Origin: Candidatus Eiseniibacteriota bacterium
GTDB taxonomy: Bacteria > Eisenbacteria > RBG-16-71-46
Direction of reading: 5' to 3'
Assembly: GCA_963744995.1 (NCBI GenBank)
Contig: CAVUWA010000002.1
Coordinates: 288,001-352,000, forward strand
Length of the DNA stretch: 64,000 nt
Below are positions 47,266 through 56,271 of the stretch, in pieces (the first letter of the stretch is position 1; each line of letters opens with the position of its first letter). The position numbers were made by a program, and so were the translations under genes. The notes under the pieces were generated by a model. It did not search any database. It saw only the letters and a list, made by a program, of their open reading frames with translations, and was not told where the DNA came from.

Positions 47266-50200
47266 GGCCGGCCGCCGCGCAGCGGACGGCGCGCGCCGCC
47301 TGGCGTGCCGTGGCCGTGCTGCTCGCCGCAGCGGCCTGCATGCGGCCCGCGCCGGCGGGCGCGGCTCCGGCGGACTCGAGCGCCTTCATCCCGCACGTGC
47401 TCACCGCGGACGAGGGCCCGTACCTGATCGACGATTTCTCCAGCGTCGCCGCGTGGTCGGCGCATCCGGCCACCGGCGTGGGGCTCCACATCGTCGAGGA
47501 CGGCGGCGCGATGCGGCTCGACTTCGATTTCCACGGCGGCGGCGGCTACGCGGTCGCGCGGCGGCGGGTGGCGCTGCGGGTCGGCGGCAACTACCGCTTC
47601 CACTTCCGCGTGCGCGGCGAGACCCCGCCCAACACGCTCGAGTTCAAGCTGATCGCGCCCGGCATGGAGAACGTGTGGTGGGCCAGGCGCCAGGACTTCG
47701 ACTTCCCGCACGACTGGGAGACCCTGGTCTTCCGCAAGCGCCACATCTCGTTCGCGTGGGGCCCGGCGGGCGGCGGCGAGCTCACCGACATCGCCGCGAT
47801 CGAGTTCGCGATCACCGCGGGCCAGGGCGGCAGGGGTTCGGTGTGGATCGACGACCTCACGGTCGAACCGCTGCCCGAGCCCGGCGCGCCGATGACGCCG
47901 GTCGCGACCGCCTCGTCGGCGCTCGGGGCCGCGGTCGCGGCCCGTGCGGTGGACGGCGATCCGGCGACGGCATGGCGGCCCTCGACGCTCGATCACACCC
48001 CGACGTGGACCATGGATCTGGGCGGCGAGCGGGCGCTTGGCGGTCTGATGGTGACGTGGGCGCCCGGACGGCAGGCGAAGAACTACGACGTGGAGCTGTC
48101 GTCGGACGGTTCGCACTGGCGCGACGTCCGCCCGGTGCGCGGCAGCGACGGTGGCGCCGATCCGATCCTGCTCACCGATACCGACGCGCGCTACGTGCGG
48201 CTGCGGCTCGTGGACGGCGCGCCCGGTGGCGGCGTCGCGCTCGCCGAAGTCGAGGTCGAACCGCTCGAGTGGGGCGCGACGCGGGAGAAGTTCTTCGAGG
48301 CGATCGCCGCCCGCGCACCGCGCGGCTGGTACCCGCGCGGCTACGTCGGCGAACAGTCGTACTGGACGGTGGTCGGTCTCGACGCGGATCGCGACGAGGC
48401 GCTGATGGGCGAGGACGGGCGTATCGAGGCCGGCAAGGCCGAGTTCACGGTCGAGCCGTTCATCCACGCGGGCGGGCATCTGGTGACGTGGGCCGACGTC
48501 GGCATGGCGCACGGTCTCGTGGGCGGGCAGGCGGCGCTGCCGCTGCCGTGGGTGCGTTGGCGTGCCGGCGATCTCGACCTGACGGTGCATGCGTATCCGA
48601 CCGGTGAGCCCGGCCACGGGCGCGTCATCGCGCACTACGTGGTCGTAAACCGCGGCCGGGCGGCACAGGGAACGCTCTACCTGGCGCTGCGGCCGTTCCA
48701 GGTGAACCCCCCGTCGCAATTCCTGAACACGAAAGGCGGGACCGCTCCGATCCGGCGGCTCGCCCGTGACGATCACGCGATTCTCGTGGACGGCGTCGCG
48801 CGGGTGGTCAGCGTGACGGCACCGGACGGCTTCGGTGCCGCGACGTTCGACCAGGGCGGGGTGCTGCCGGCCATTGCGGCCGATCGCCTGCCGCGGGCGA
48901 CGGTCGTGGAGGACCCGTTCGAAGCGGCGTCCGGCGTGCTCGCGTACGCATTCGATCTGGCGCCGGATGACTCCATGACGGTGGACCTGCGCATCGCGCT
49001 CAGCGACGCCGCCGCGTTCGGGCCGGGACGCGGCACGACCCCGACGGACCCCGACATCCAGGCGTCGATCTCCGACTGGCGCTGGCGCCTGCGCGGGGCC
49101 GAGATCGCCCTGCCCGACTCCGAGGTCACGCGCACGCTGCATGCGCAGATCGGCTGGATCATGGTGAATCGCGACGGCGCGGCGATCCAACCCGGCTCGC
49201 GCTCCTACGAGCGTTCGTGGATCCGCGACGGCGCGCTGACCTCGACGGCGCTGTTGCGCACCGGCCACGCTGCCGTCGTGCGCGCGTTCATCGAGTGGTT
49301 CGCGCCGTACCTCTACGCCGACGGCAAGGTGCCGTGCTGCGTGGACCAGCGCGGTTCGGACCCGGTGCCCGAGCACGACAGCAGCGGCGAGTTCATCTAT
49401 CTGGTGGCCGAGTACCTGCGCCACACCGGCGATCTGGATCTCGCCCGCGAGATGTGGCCCGGGGTCGATCGTGCGGTGGGCTATCTGGATTCGCTGCGGC
49501 GGACCGAGCGCACGCCCGAGTACCGGCGCCCGGACCAGGTGGAATTCTTCGGCCTGCTGCCGCCCTCGATCAGCCACGAGGGTTATTCGGCGAAGCCGAT
49601 GCACTCCTACTGGGACGACTTCTTCGCCTTGCGCGGCTTCGAGGACGCGGCCTGGCTCGCGAGCCGTCTGGGCCGGCGCGGCGACGCCCGCCGCATCCGG
49701 GGCATCCACGACCAGTTCCAGCACGATCTGATCGCGTCGATTCGTGAGTCGATGAAGCGGCACGGCATCGACTACATCCCCGGCGCCGCGGATCTCGGCG
49801 ACTTCGACGCCACCTCCACGACGATCGCGCTCGAGCCGGGCCAGGCGCTCGACGTGCTGCCGAGGGACGCGGTGGACCACACGTTCGAGCGTTACTGGCG
49901 CTTCTTCGAGCGGCGCCGCGACGGCAAGGAGGCATGGGACGCGATGACGCCCTACGAGATGCGCACGATCGGCGCCTTCGTACGGCTCGGCTGGCGCGAC
50001 CGCGCCCATGCGGCGCTCGACTGGTTCATGACGCTCCGGCGCCCGCCGGGCTGGGCGCAGTGGGCCGAAGTCGTGGGCCACGATCCGCGCCACGTGCGCT
50101 TTCTCGGCGACATGCCGCACACCTGGGTCGGCTCGGACTTCGTGCGCTCGGTGCTCGACATGCTCGCCTACGAGCGGGAGAGCGACCGCTCGATCGTCAT

Positions 50201-50486
50201 CGGCGCCGGGGTGCCGTGGGCCTGGGTGTCCGAGGGAAACGGCGTTCGGGTGAAGGACCTCTCGACCCGCGACGGACGGCTCGGCTTCACCATGCGCGCC
50301 GACGGCGCCGCGCTCGAGATCACGATCGACGCTGCGGGCGAGGTGCCGCCGGGCGGCTTCGTGCTCGATCCGCCTTCCCGCGTGGCGTTTCGCTCGGCGC
50401 GGGTGAACGGCAGACGGGTGCGGCTCGGGCGCGACGGCATGCTGGTCGTGAGGAAGCGCGGCGTGACGGTGAGGTTCGAGCCGTAG
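47262..50486 (+). CDS. Secreted multidomain protein: CBM11/CIA30-like + discoidin (F5/8C) + putative (alpha/alpha)6 glycosidase domain
   Basis: Signal peptide, VATASS..AVDGDPATAW...DLG...LSSDG..W (discoidin), QPGSRSYERSWIRDGA, EHDSSGEF, SHEGY...HSYWDDFF, GDMPHTW. Confidence 0.75.
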   Translation: MRPAAAQRTARAAWRAVAVLLAAAACMRPAPAGAAPADSSAFIPHVLTADEGPYLIDDFSSVAAWSAHPATGVGLHIVEDGGAMRLDFDFHGGGGYAVARRRVALRVGGNYRFHFRVRGETPPNTLEFKLIAPGMENVWWARRQDFDFPHDWETLVFRKRHISFAWGPAGGGELTDIAAIEFAITAGQGGRGSVWIDDLTVEPLPEPGAPMTPVATASSALGAAVAARAVDGDPATAWRPSTLDHTPTWTMDLGGERALGGLMVTWAPGRQAKNYDVELSSDGSHWRDVRPVRGSDGGADPILLTDTDARYVRLRLVDGAPGGGVALAEVEVEPLEWGATREKFFEAIAARAPRGWYPRGYVGEQSYWTVVGLDADRDEALMGEDGRIEAGKAEFTVEPFIHAGGHLVTWADVGMAHGLVGGQAALPLPWVRWRAGDLDLTVHAYPTGEPGHGRVIAHYVVVNRGRAAQGTLYLALRPFQVNPPSQFLNTKGGTAPIRRLARDDHAILVDGVARVVSVTAPDGFGAATFDQGGVLPAIAADRLPRATVVEDPFEAASGVLAYAFDLAPDDSMTVDLRIALSDAAAFGPGRGTTPTDPDIQASISDWRWRLRGAEIALPDSEVTRTLHAQIGWIMVNRDGAAIQPGSRSYERSWIRDGALTSTALLRTGHAAVVRAFIEWFAPYLYADGKVPCCVDQRGSDPVPEHDSSGEFIYLVAEYLRHTGDLDLAREMWPGVDRAVGYLDSLRRTERTPEYRRPDQVEFFGLLPPSISHEGYSAKPMHSYWDDFFALRGFEDAAWLASRLGRRGDARRIRGIHDQFQHDLIASIRESMKRHGIDYIPGAADLGDFDATSTTIALEPGQALDVLPRDAVDHTFERYWRFFERRRDGKEAWDAMTPYEMRTIGAFVRLGWRDRAHAALDWFMTLRRPPGWAQWAEVVGHDPRHVRFLGDMPHTWVGSDFVRSVLDMLAYERESDRSIVIGAGVPWAWVSEGNGVRVKDLSTRDGRLGFTMRADGAALEITIDAAGEVPPGGFVLDPPSRVAFRSARVNGRRVRLGRDGMLVVRKRGVTVRFEP

Positions 50487-50536
50487 AGCGGCACGGAAGG
50501 ACGCTGCCGGCGGCGACTCGGCGGCCGGCCCCCGTC

Positions 50537-51874
50537 TCAGTCTCCTGCCCGCTGCGCCGCGATGAACCTCCGGTACCACTCGCCGCTCGCTTTGATGGTG
50601 CGGCCCTGGGTCTCGAAGTCCACGTGAACCAGACCGAACCGTTTCGAGTAGCCGCTCGCCCATTCGAAGTTGTCGAGCAGCGACCAGACGAAGTAACCGC
50701 GCAGGTCCACGCCCTGCGCGATCGCGTCCGCGGCGGCGGCGAGGTGGTCTTCGAGGTAGCGCACGCGCAGCGGGTCGTCCACGCGGCCGTTCGGCGCATG
50801 CGGCGGGTCGGGGAACGCCGCGCCGTTCTCGGTGATGTAGACGGGCACGTCGCCATAGCGCTCCCGCACCCGCAGCAGCGTCTTCGTGAGGCCCGGGGCA
50901 TGGACCTCCCACCCGGTCTGCGTGTAGGTCGCGCCCGCGATGTGCGCGGGGCTCGCGTACGTGGGCCACGCCTCCGGGTCGTGACGGACGACCCGGCGCT
51001 GGTAGTAGTTGACGCCGAGAAAGTCGATCGGCGTGCGGATCTTCTCGAAGTCCTCCGCGGGCCAGTCCTGCCACGCGTCGCCGAACATCGCCCGCATCGG
51101 CTCCGGTGCGCCCCGGCCGAACACGGGATCCAGGTACTGCAGATTCTTGTACGCATCGTCCCGCCCGGTCGCAGCGACATCCTCGGCGGAATCGCTGGCC
51201 GGTTCCTTCGGCTCGAGATCCGCGACGATGCCGATTTCGTGGCGGCCGAGCGCGCGATAACGCTCGACGGCGGCGGCGTGCGAAAGCAGCAGCCGGTGGG
51301 TGACGATGGGCGGCTCGTAGCGGCTGCGATGCCCGGGCGCGTTCACCCCGTGCGTGTAACCGGCGTCGTTGATCACCCACGGCTCGTTGAGGGTGCACCA
51401 GAGCGGCACCCGGTCGTCGAACGCGCGGAACGCGACCTCGGCGAAGTCGGCGAACCACGCGGGCATGTCGGGGCTCAGCCAGCCGCCGCGATCATCGAGC
51501 GCCGCGGGCAGATCCCAGTGGTAGAGCGTCACCATGGGCCGGATGCCGTGTTCGAGCAGCGCATCGATGAGGCGCGAATAGAAGTCCAGCCCCGCCGGGT
51601 TCACGCGGCCGCGGCCTGCGGGGAGGATGCGGGTCCAGGCGATGCCGAAGCGATAGGCCGTGAGCCCGAGCCCGGCCATGAGCGCGATGTCGTCCTGCCA
51701 GCGCCGGTAGTGGTCGCAGGCGACGTCACCGGTCTGGCCCTCGAGCGTGCGGCCGGGCGTGTGCGCGAAGCGGTGCCAGGTGCCCATGCCGGCGCCATCG
51801 GCGAGCGGCGACCCCTCGATCTGGTACGAAGAGGTCGCCGCTCCCCACAGAAAATCCCTCGGGAACGCCGTCAT
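50537..51874 (-). CDS. GH1 beta-glucosidase
   Basis: FLWGAATSSYQIEG, ACDHYRRW, TLYHWDLP, TLNEP, YITENG, WSLLDNFEW..GY..RFG. Confidence 0.96.
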   Translation of the reverse strand: MTAFPRDFLWGAATSSYQIEGSPLADGAGMGTWHRFAHTPGRTLEGQTGDVACDHYRRWQDDIALMAGLGLTAYRFGIAWTRILPAGRGRVNPAGLDFYSRLIDALLEHGIRPMVTLYHWDLPAALDDRGGWLSPDMPAWFADFAEVAFRAFDDRVPLWCTLNEPWVINDAGYTHGVNAPGHRSRYEPPIVTHRLLLSHAAAVERYRALGRHEIGIVADLEPKEPASDSAEDVAATGRDDAYKNLQYLDPVFGRGAPEPMRAMFGDAWQDWPAEDFEKIRTPIDFLGVNYYQRRVVRHDPEAWPTYASPAHIAGATYTQTGWEVHAPGLTKTLLRVRERYGDVPVYITENGAAFPDPPHAPNGRVDDPLRVRYLEDHLAAAADAIAQGVDLRGYFVWSLLDNFEWASGYSKRFGLVHVDFETQGRTIKASGEWYRRFIAAQRAGD

Positions 51875-52193
51875 GGCGCGGGAGAGTAGAAGATCCGCGC
51901 GCGTCGCGCGACCACGCGGCAACGTGAGGCGGATGCGACCGGGGCGCCCGGCGCGCCGGGAGAGAGCCCGGCCACCTGGGGGATGCAGCACCCCATCCGC
52001 CTCACGGCGTCGCGTGATGGCCGCGGCGCACGAGGGACCCGATGCGCCCGGCCGAAAAAGCGGACCGCGCGGGCGTCATCCCAGCGAGCCCGCGCGGATC
52101 CGTGACGACGGAGCGCCGCTGCGACGCCTGCCCAGCCGGTCGCCGACGCCCCGCCGAGGACCGCCCCGGCCTGCGGCCGGAGCGGCGCCGCGG

Positions 52194-52676
52194 TCAGCCG
52201 AGCTCGCGGTGCAGCGTGTACTCCCCGCTGAACGGCCCGGCTGTCTTCCTGAAGTCGTCGAATTTCATTCGCACGACTTCATGGTGGTTGCCCGCCTGGA
52301 AATAGATGTCCGCGTGCTCGTGAAACTCGCTGTCGACGTACATTTCCATGTCGTACAGCCTTCCGAACGGGGGCATCGCGCCGACCTCACAGTCCGGGAA
52401 CAGCCAGCTCAACTCGTGTTCGGTGGCGAGCCGATCGAGTGAGCGCCCCGTCATGTAGATCAGCGTTCCCAGATCGACGTGTTCGGTCGCCGGCACCACG
52501 GTCATGATGAAGGCGCCCGTGGATTCGTGAACGACCACGACTTTCGCGAGCAGACTGCCCGCGACGTGGGTGGTCTGCGCCACCTTCTGAGCGGTGAACG
52601 CCTCACGGTGGGGCATGACCTCCCAGCCCACTTTGCGCTCCTTGAGGAGCTTCTGGAGACGACCCACGATAGCCAT
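52194..52676 (-). CDS. YbaK/EbsC (aminoacyl-tRNA deacylase) family protein
   Basis: AKVVVV, LATE.EL..LFPDCEVGAMPPFG, FQAGNH; strong AAGGAGGAGG SD. Confidence 0.88.
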   Translation of the reverse strand: MAIVGRLQKLLKERKVGWEVMPHREAFTAQKVAQTTHVAGSLLAKVVVVHESTGAFIMTVVPATEHVDLGTLIYMTGRSLDRLATEHELSWLFPDCEVGAMPPFGRLYDMEMYVDSEFHEHADIYFQAGNHHEVVRMKFDDFRKTAGPFSGEYTLHRELG

Positions 52677-52741
52677 GACCTCCTCCTTACCGCGCTCCCC
52701 GCAAAAGGCGGCGAGTTTTCGGCCTGTCCACGGGGAGCGAC

Positions 52742-52758
52742 TGCAAATAGCGGGCCCG
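52742..52758 (-). promoter_or_regulatory. Putative sigma-54 promoter upstream of the YbaK-family gene
   Basis: Minus strand CGGGCCCGCTATTTGCA versus CTGGCACGNNNTTTGCA; GG-N10-GC spacing. Confidence 0.5.
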
Positions 52759-53034
52759 GGGACGGCGGATCGACGCGCCGCCGTAACGCGTGCCCGAGCA
52801 CGCGGATGAAGTTGCGGACGCCGGCCGGAACCGCCACCGCGGGAGCCGGCCCTGCCTGCCGCAGCGGCCGGAGACTGTCAGGCTGGCGCACGGAGTCCGG
52901 CGCCGGGAGCCACCGCCCGGCTCCGCTCTCGCGGACCGGGCGCCCGACCCGATCGACCGAAGCCCGCAGGCCTGCGGTGCCCATCGTACACCATGAGGGC
53001 TTGACCTTTTTTTTCGATCCTGTCTGATTTTTCC

Positions 53035-53063
53035 TTTACATCGCCCATCGCCCCCCGAACAAT
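53035..53063 (+). promoter_or_regulatory. Putative sigma-70 promoter
   Basis: TTTACA-17 nt-AACAAT with an upstream T-rich tract, before an AAGGAG SD and the ATG at 53124. Confidence 0.5.
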
Positions 53064-53123
53064 GCGCGCGGCTTTCCGAAAACCAGGCTGAACCAGCAGA
53101 GAACCAGCAAGGAGCCCCCACTC

Positions 53124-55937
53124 ATGCCTTCTCGAAGGGTTTCACGCAGGATCGGATCCCGCCGCGTCGCTCTCTTCTCGACGTTCGTCACGCTGGCGGC
53201 CCTCGTCGTTCCCTCTCTCGCGGCGGCCTTCACGCCGTCCGGCCTTCTCGAGGTCCATCAGATCAACGTCGAGCAGGGCGACTGCACGCTGATCATCGGT
53301 CCCGACGGCACCACGGTGCTGATCGACGCCGGCAAGAACGGCAAGGGGACCGGTGAGGTCGTGCCGTATCTGGAAAGCCTCGGCCTCATGCCGGCAGACG
53401 GGCTCGACTACATGATCGCGACGCACGGCGACGCCGACCACGTCGGCGGGCTGGACGAGGTGATCAACGCCGGCTACGACGTCCACCACACGGTCTGGTA
53501 CAACGGCTCCGACAAGGTCACGCAGACGATCACCGACTTCTACAATGCCGCCGCCGGCACCTCGGCGGGGCCGGTGACGCCGATGCCGCTCGGCACGGTG
53601 ATCCAGCTCGGCAGCGGCGCGAAGGCAACCTGCGTGGCGGTCCACGGCGACGTGCTCGGCTATGGCTCCGTCGCCGGCGCCCTCAACAACGAAAACGACA
53701 TGTGCATCGCCATGCTGGTCCAGCACGGCGCGTTCGACTACATCACCGCCGGCGATCTGGGCGGTGGCGACGACGACGGCGCCTGCACCGGCCGCTCCAC
53801 CTCGCAGGTGAACGTGGAGACCGTGCTCGCCACGTCGCTCCTGCCCGGCGGCGGCGCAGGCCTGCTGACCGCGGACGGCGTCGAAGTCCTCGACGTCGAT
53901 CACCACGGCAGCGAATCCAGCACCAACAGCGACTACATGAACCTGCTGACTCCGACCGTCGCGGCGATCAACGTGGGCGCGGGCCAGGGCAGCAACTACC
54001 AGCATCCGCGCATCGCCGTGGTGGAAAACGTGCTCGGCGCGCAGGCGGCCTGCGTGACGGCCCCGGCGGCGCTCGTGCTGCAGACCGAAGAAGGCGACCC
54101 CGTCGGCTCGAACACCAGCTACGCCGGCTTCTGCGTCGGCGACATCGTGATCAGGACCTCCGGCGTCGGCACCTACGAGGTGAGCGGCACTGGCGCGGTC
54201 GACGAGGGGCCGGACGAGCGGGTTGCGGCCGGGATCTATCCCTCGGCAACGTTCGACCTCGACGGCGGCGGCGGCTCGGGCGGTACGCCGCTGGTCGTGA
54301 TCAACGAGATCATGCAGAACCCCGACGCCGTCACCGATGCCAACGGCGAGTGGCTCGAGCTCTACAACGCCGGCGCCTCCAGCGTGGACATCGGCGGCTG
54401 GACACTGCGCGACGACGGCAGCGACTCGCACGTGATCGCGGGCTCCCTGGTGATTCCGGCCGGCGGCTACGCCGTGCTCGGTCGCAACGGCGATCCGGGC
54501 ACCAACGGCGGTTACACGCCCGACTACGTGTACTCGGGCTTCACGCTCGCGAATACCGTGGACGAGATCGTGCTCGAGGACGGCAACGGTGCGATCGTGG
54601 ACCGCGTGGACTACACCGGGACCTCGCCCTGGCCGAATCCGACCGGCGCGTCCATGGAACTCGCCGCCACGAATCTCGACAACAACGTCGGCTCCAACTG
54701 GGCGCTCGCGACGACGCGCGGCGGCAGCTACAGCGGCGCCGGCGATTTCGGTACGCCGGGCGCCGCCAACGGCTCGGGTGGGGGAGGCGACATCACGCCT
54801 CCGACCGTGGCGGTCTCCGCGCCCGACGGCGGCGAGTCGTGGGAAGTCGGCTCGGTGCAGGCCATCACCTGGGGCGCGAGTGACGACGTGGGCGTGACGT
54901 CGGTGGACATTCTGTACTCGTCCACCGGCGCGGGCGGCAGCTACGCATCGATCGCCACCGGTGAGACCAACGACGGCACCTACGACTGGACCGTGCCCGA
55001 CGACGTCACGACCAATGCGTTCGTGAAGGTGATCGCGTACGACGCCGCTTCGAACTCGGCTGAGGATGTCTCGAACGCCGCGTTCAGCATCGCCGCGCCG
55101 GCACCCGCCGCGCTGGTGATCAACGAAGTCATGATGGACCCGGATGCCGTGAGCGACTCGCGCGGCGAGTGGTTCGAGCTCTACAACCCCGGCGGCAGCG
55201 GCGTCGACATCGACGGCTGGACGATCCGCGACGACGGCAGCGACTCGCACGTGATCTCGAACGGCGGGCCGCTGGTGGTGCCGGCCGGCGGTTACCTGGT
55301 GCTCGGTCGGAACGGCAGCAAGAATCGGAACGGTCACTACACGGCCGACTACGTGTACTCGAGCTTCACGCTCGCCAATACGTCCGACGAGGTCGTGCTG
55401 GTGGACGGCATGGGGACGGAGGTCGACCGCGTGAACTACACCGGATCGAGCCCGTGGCCGAGCCCCACCGGGGCGTCGATGGAGCTGATCAGCGCCGCAC
55501 TCGACAACAACGTCGGCGGCAGCTGGGCGGTGGCGGTGGCGCGCGGCGGCAGCTACACCGGCAACGGCGATCTGGGTACGCCCGGCGCGGCCAACAGCGT
55601 CTCCGGCGGCGCCGGACCGATGGCGGCCTTCTACGCGCCGCCGAGCATCGAGCGGCCGCTCGCGTACTCGCTCGGGCGGAACACGCCGAATCCATTCAGT
55701 GCCGGCACCACGATCCGCTACGCGGTGCCCGAGCGGGCGGAGGTCAGAATCGAGATCTTCGACCTGCAGGGCCGGCGCGTCGTCGTGCTCGTGAACGGTT
55801 CGATCGATGCCGGCTACCACGACGTGTCGTGGAACGGCGTAGACGCCTCCGGCCGGCCGGCGATCAGCGGCGTGTACTTCGCGCGCATGAAGACCGATGG
55901 CTACGAGAGCGTCAGGCGGATCATGCTCGCGCGGTAA
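53124..55937 (+). CDS. Secreted ComEC-type MBL-fold hydrolase with two lamin-tail domains, an Ig-like domain and C-terminal FlgD/T9SS-like domain
   Basis: INVEQGD, LIDAG, THGDADHVGG, NENDM, AGD, HHGS, YQHP; two VINE.M..P...GEW.ELYN LTDs; RNTPNPF...IFDLQGRRV...SGVYF. Confidence 0.88.
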   Translation: MPSRRVSRRIGSRRVALFSTFVTLAALVVPSLAAAFTPSGLLEVHQINVEQGDCTLIIGPDGTTVLIDAGKNGKGTGEVVPYLESLGLMPADGLDYMIATHGDADHVGGLDEVINAGYDVHHTVWYNGSDKVTQTITDFYNAAAGTSAGPVTPMPLGTVIQLGSGAKATCVAVHGDVLGYGSVAGALNNENDMCIAMLVQHGAFDYITAGDLGGGDDDGACTGRSTSQVNVETVLATSLLPGGGAGLLTADGVEVLDVDHHGSESSTNSDYMNLLTPTVAAINVGAGQGSNYQHPRIAVVENVLGAQAACVTAPAALVLQTEEGDPVGSNTSYAGFCVGDIVIRTSGVGTYEVSGTGAVDEGPDERVAAGIYPSATFDLDGGGGSGGTPLVVINEIMQNPDAVTDANGEWLELYNAGASSVDIGGWTLRDDGSDSHVIAGSLVIPAGGYAVLGRNGDPGTNGGYTPDYVYSGFTLANTVDEIVLEDGNGAIVDRVDYTGTSPWPNPTGASMELAATNLDNNVGSNWALATTRGGSYSGAGDFGTPGAANGSGGGGDITPPTVAVSAPDGGESWEVGSVQAITWGASDDVGVTSVDILYSSTGAGGSYASIATGETNDGTYDWTVPDDVTTNAFVKVIAYDAASNSAEDVSNAAFSIAAPAPAALVINEVMMDPDAVSDSRGEWFELYNPGGSGVDIDGWTIRDDGSDSHVISNGGPLVVPAGGYLVLGRNGSKNRNGHYTADYVYSSFTLANTSDEVVLVDGMGTEVDRVNYTGSSPWPSPTGASMELISAALDNNVGGSWAVAVARGGSYTGNGDLGTPGAANSVSGGAGPMAAFYAPPSIERPLAYSLGRNTPNPFSAGTTIRYAVPERAEVRIEIFDLQGRRVVVLVNGSIDAGYHDVSWNGVDASGRPAISGVYFARMKTDGYESVRRIMLAR
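54291..55600 (+). repeat. Internal duplication of the lamin-tail domain (about 54291-54771 and 55113-55600)
   Basis: Closely similar DNA and protein blocks, e.g. GWT(L/I)RDDGSDSHVI, DYVYS.FTLANT.DE, PTGASMEL, LDNNVG, GTPGAAN in both copies. Confidence 0.85.
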
Positions 55938-55968
55938 CGGGGCTCGACCGCTGTCCTGATGAAACGGG

Positions 55969-55994
55969 TGGCGGCCGCCTGCGGGCGGCCGCCA
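55969..55994 (+). terminator. GC-rich hairpin after the MBL/LTD gene
   Basis: TGGCGGCCGCC-tgcg-GGCGGCCGCCA: perfect 11-bp stem with only a weak U-tract. Confidence 0.5.
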
Positions 55995-56271
55995 TTGCGT
56001 TGCAGGAGCGAGCTTTTCACCCTGCGCGCCGCCATGGGGGCGCTCTGACGTAAAGTGCCCCTGGCGAGGCGGTTCGGAGGCCGGCCCTTCCCTGGATTCC
56101 CCGCACTCCGGCTGGCGCCGCCTTTTGATGGACCCGGGCGGCTCGACGAGGCGTATCATTGCTGCAGGCCGCCTCCGCGGCCACGATTCCCACGGCAGAG
56201 GGTTCCACCGGCGCATCAGGCTACCGACTCGAGTTCGTCGTCCGATCATCACCTCAGACGGAGCCTCCCCG

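Noticed and set aside
47100..51458. 1452-aa ORF on -
   Set aside because: Arg/Ala-rich and motif-free; antisense to the discoidin protein and out of frame with GH1. Stop-poor frames are expected at this GC content.
53124..54250. ComEC competence gene
   Set aside because: Only the MBL-fold domain is present, with a signal peptide and CTD. There is no multi-TM competence channel domain.
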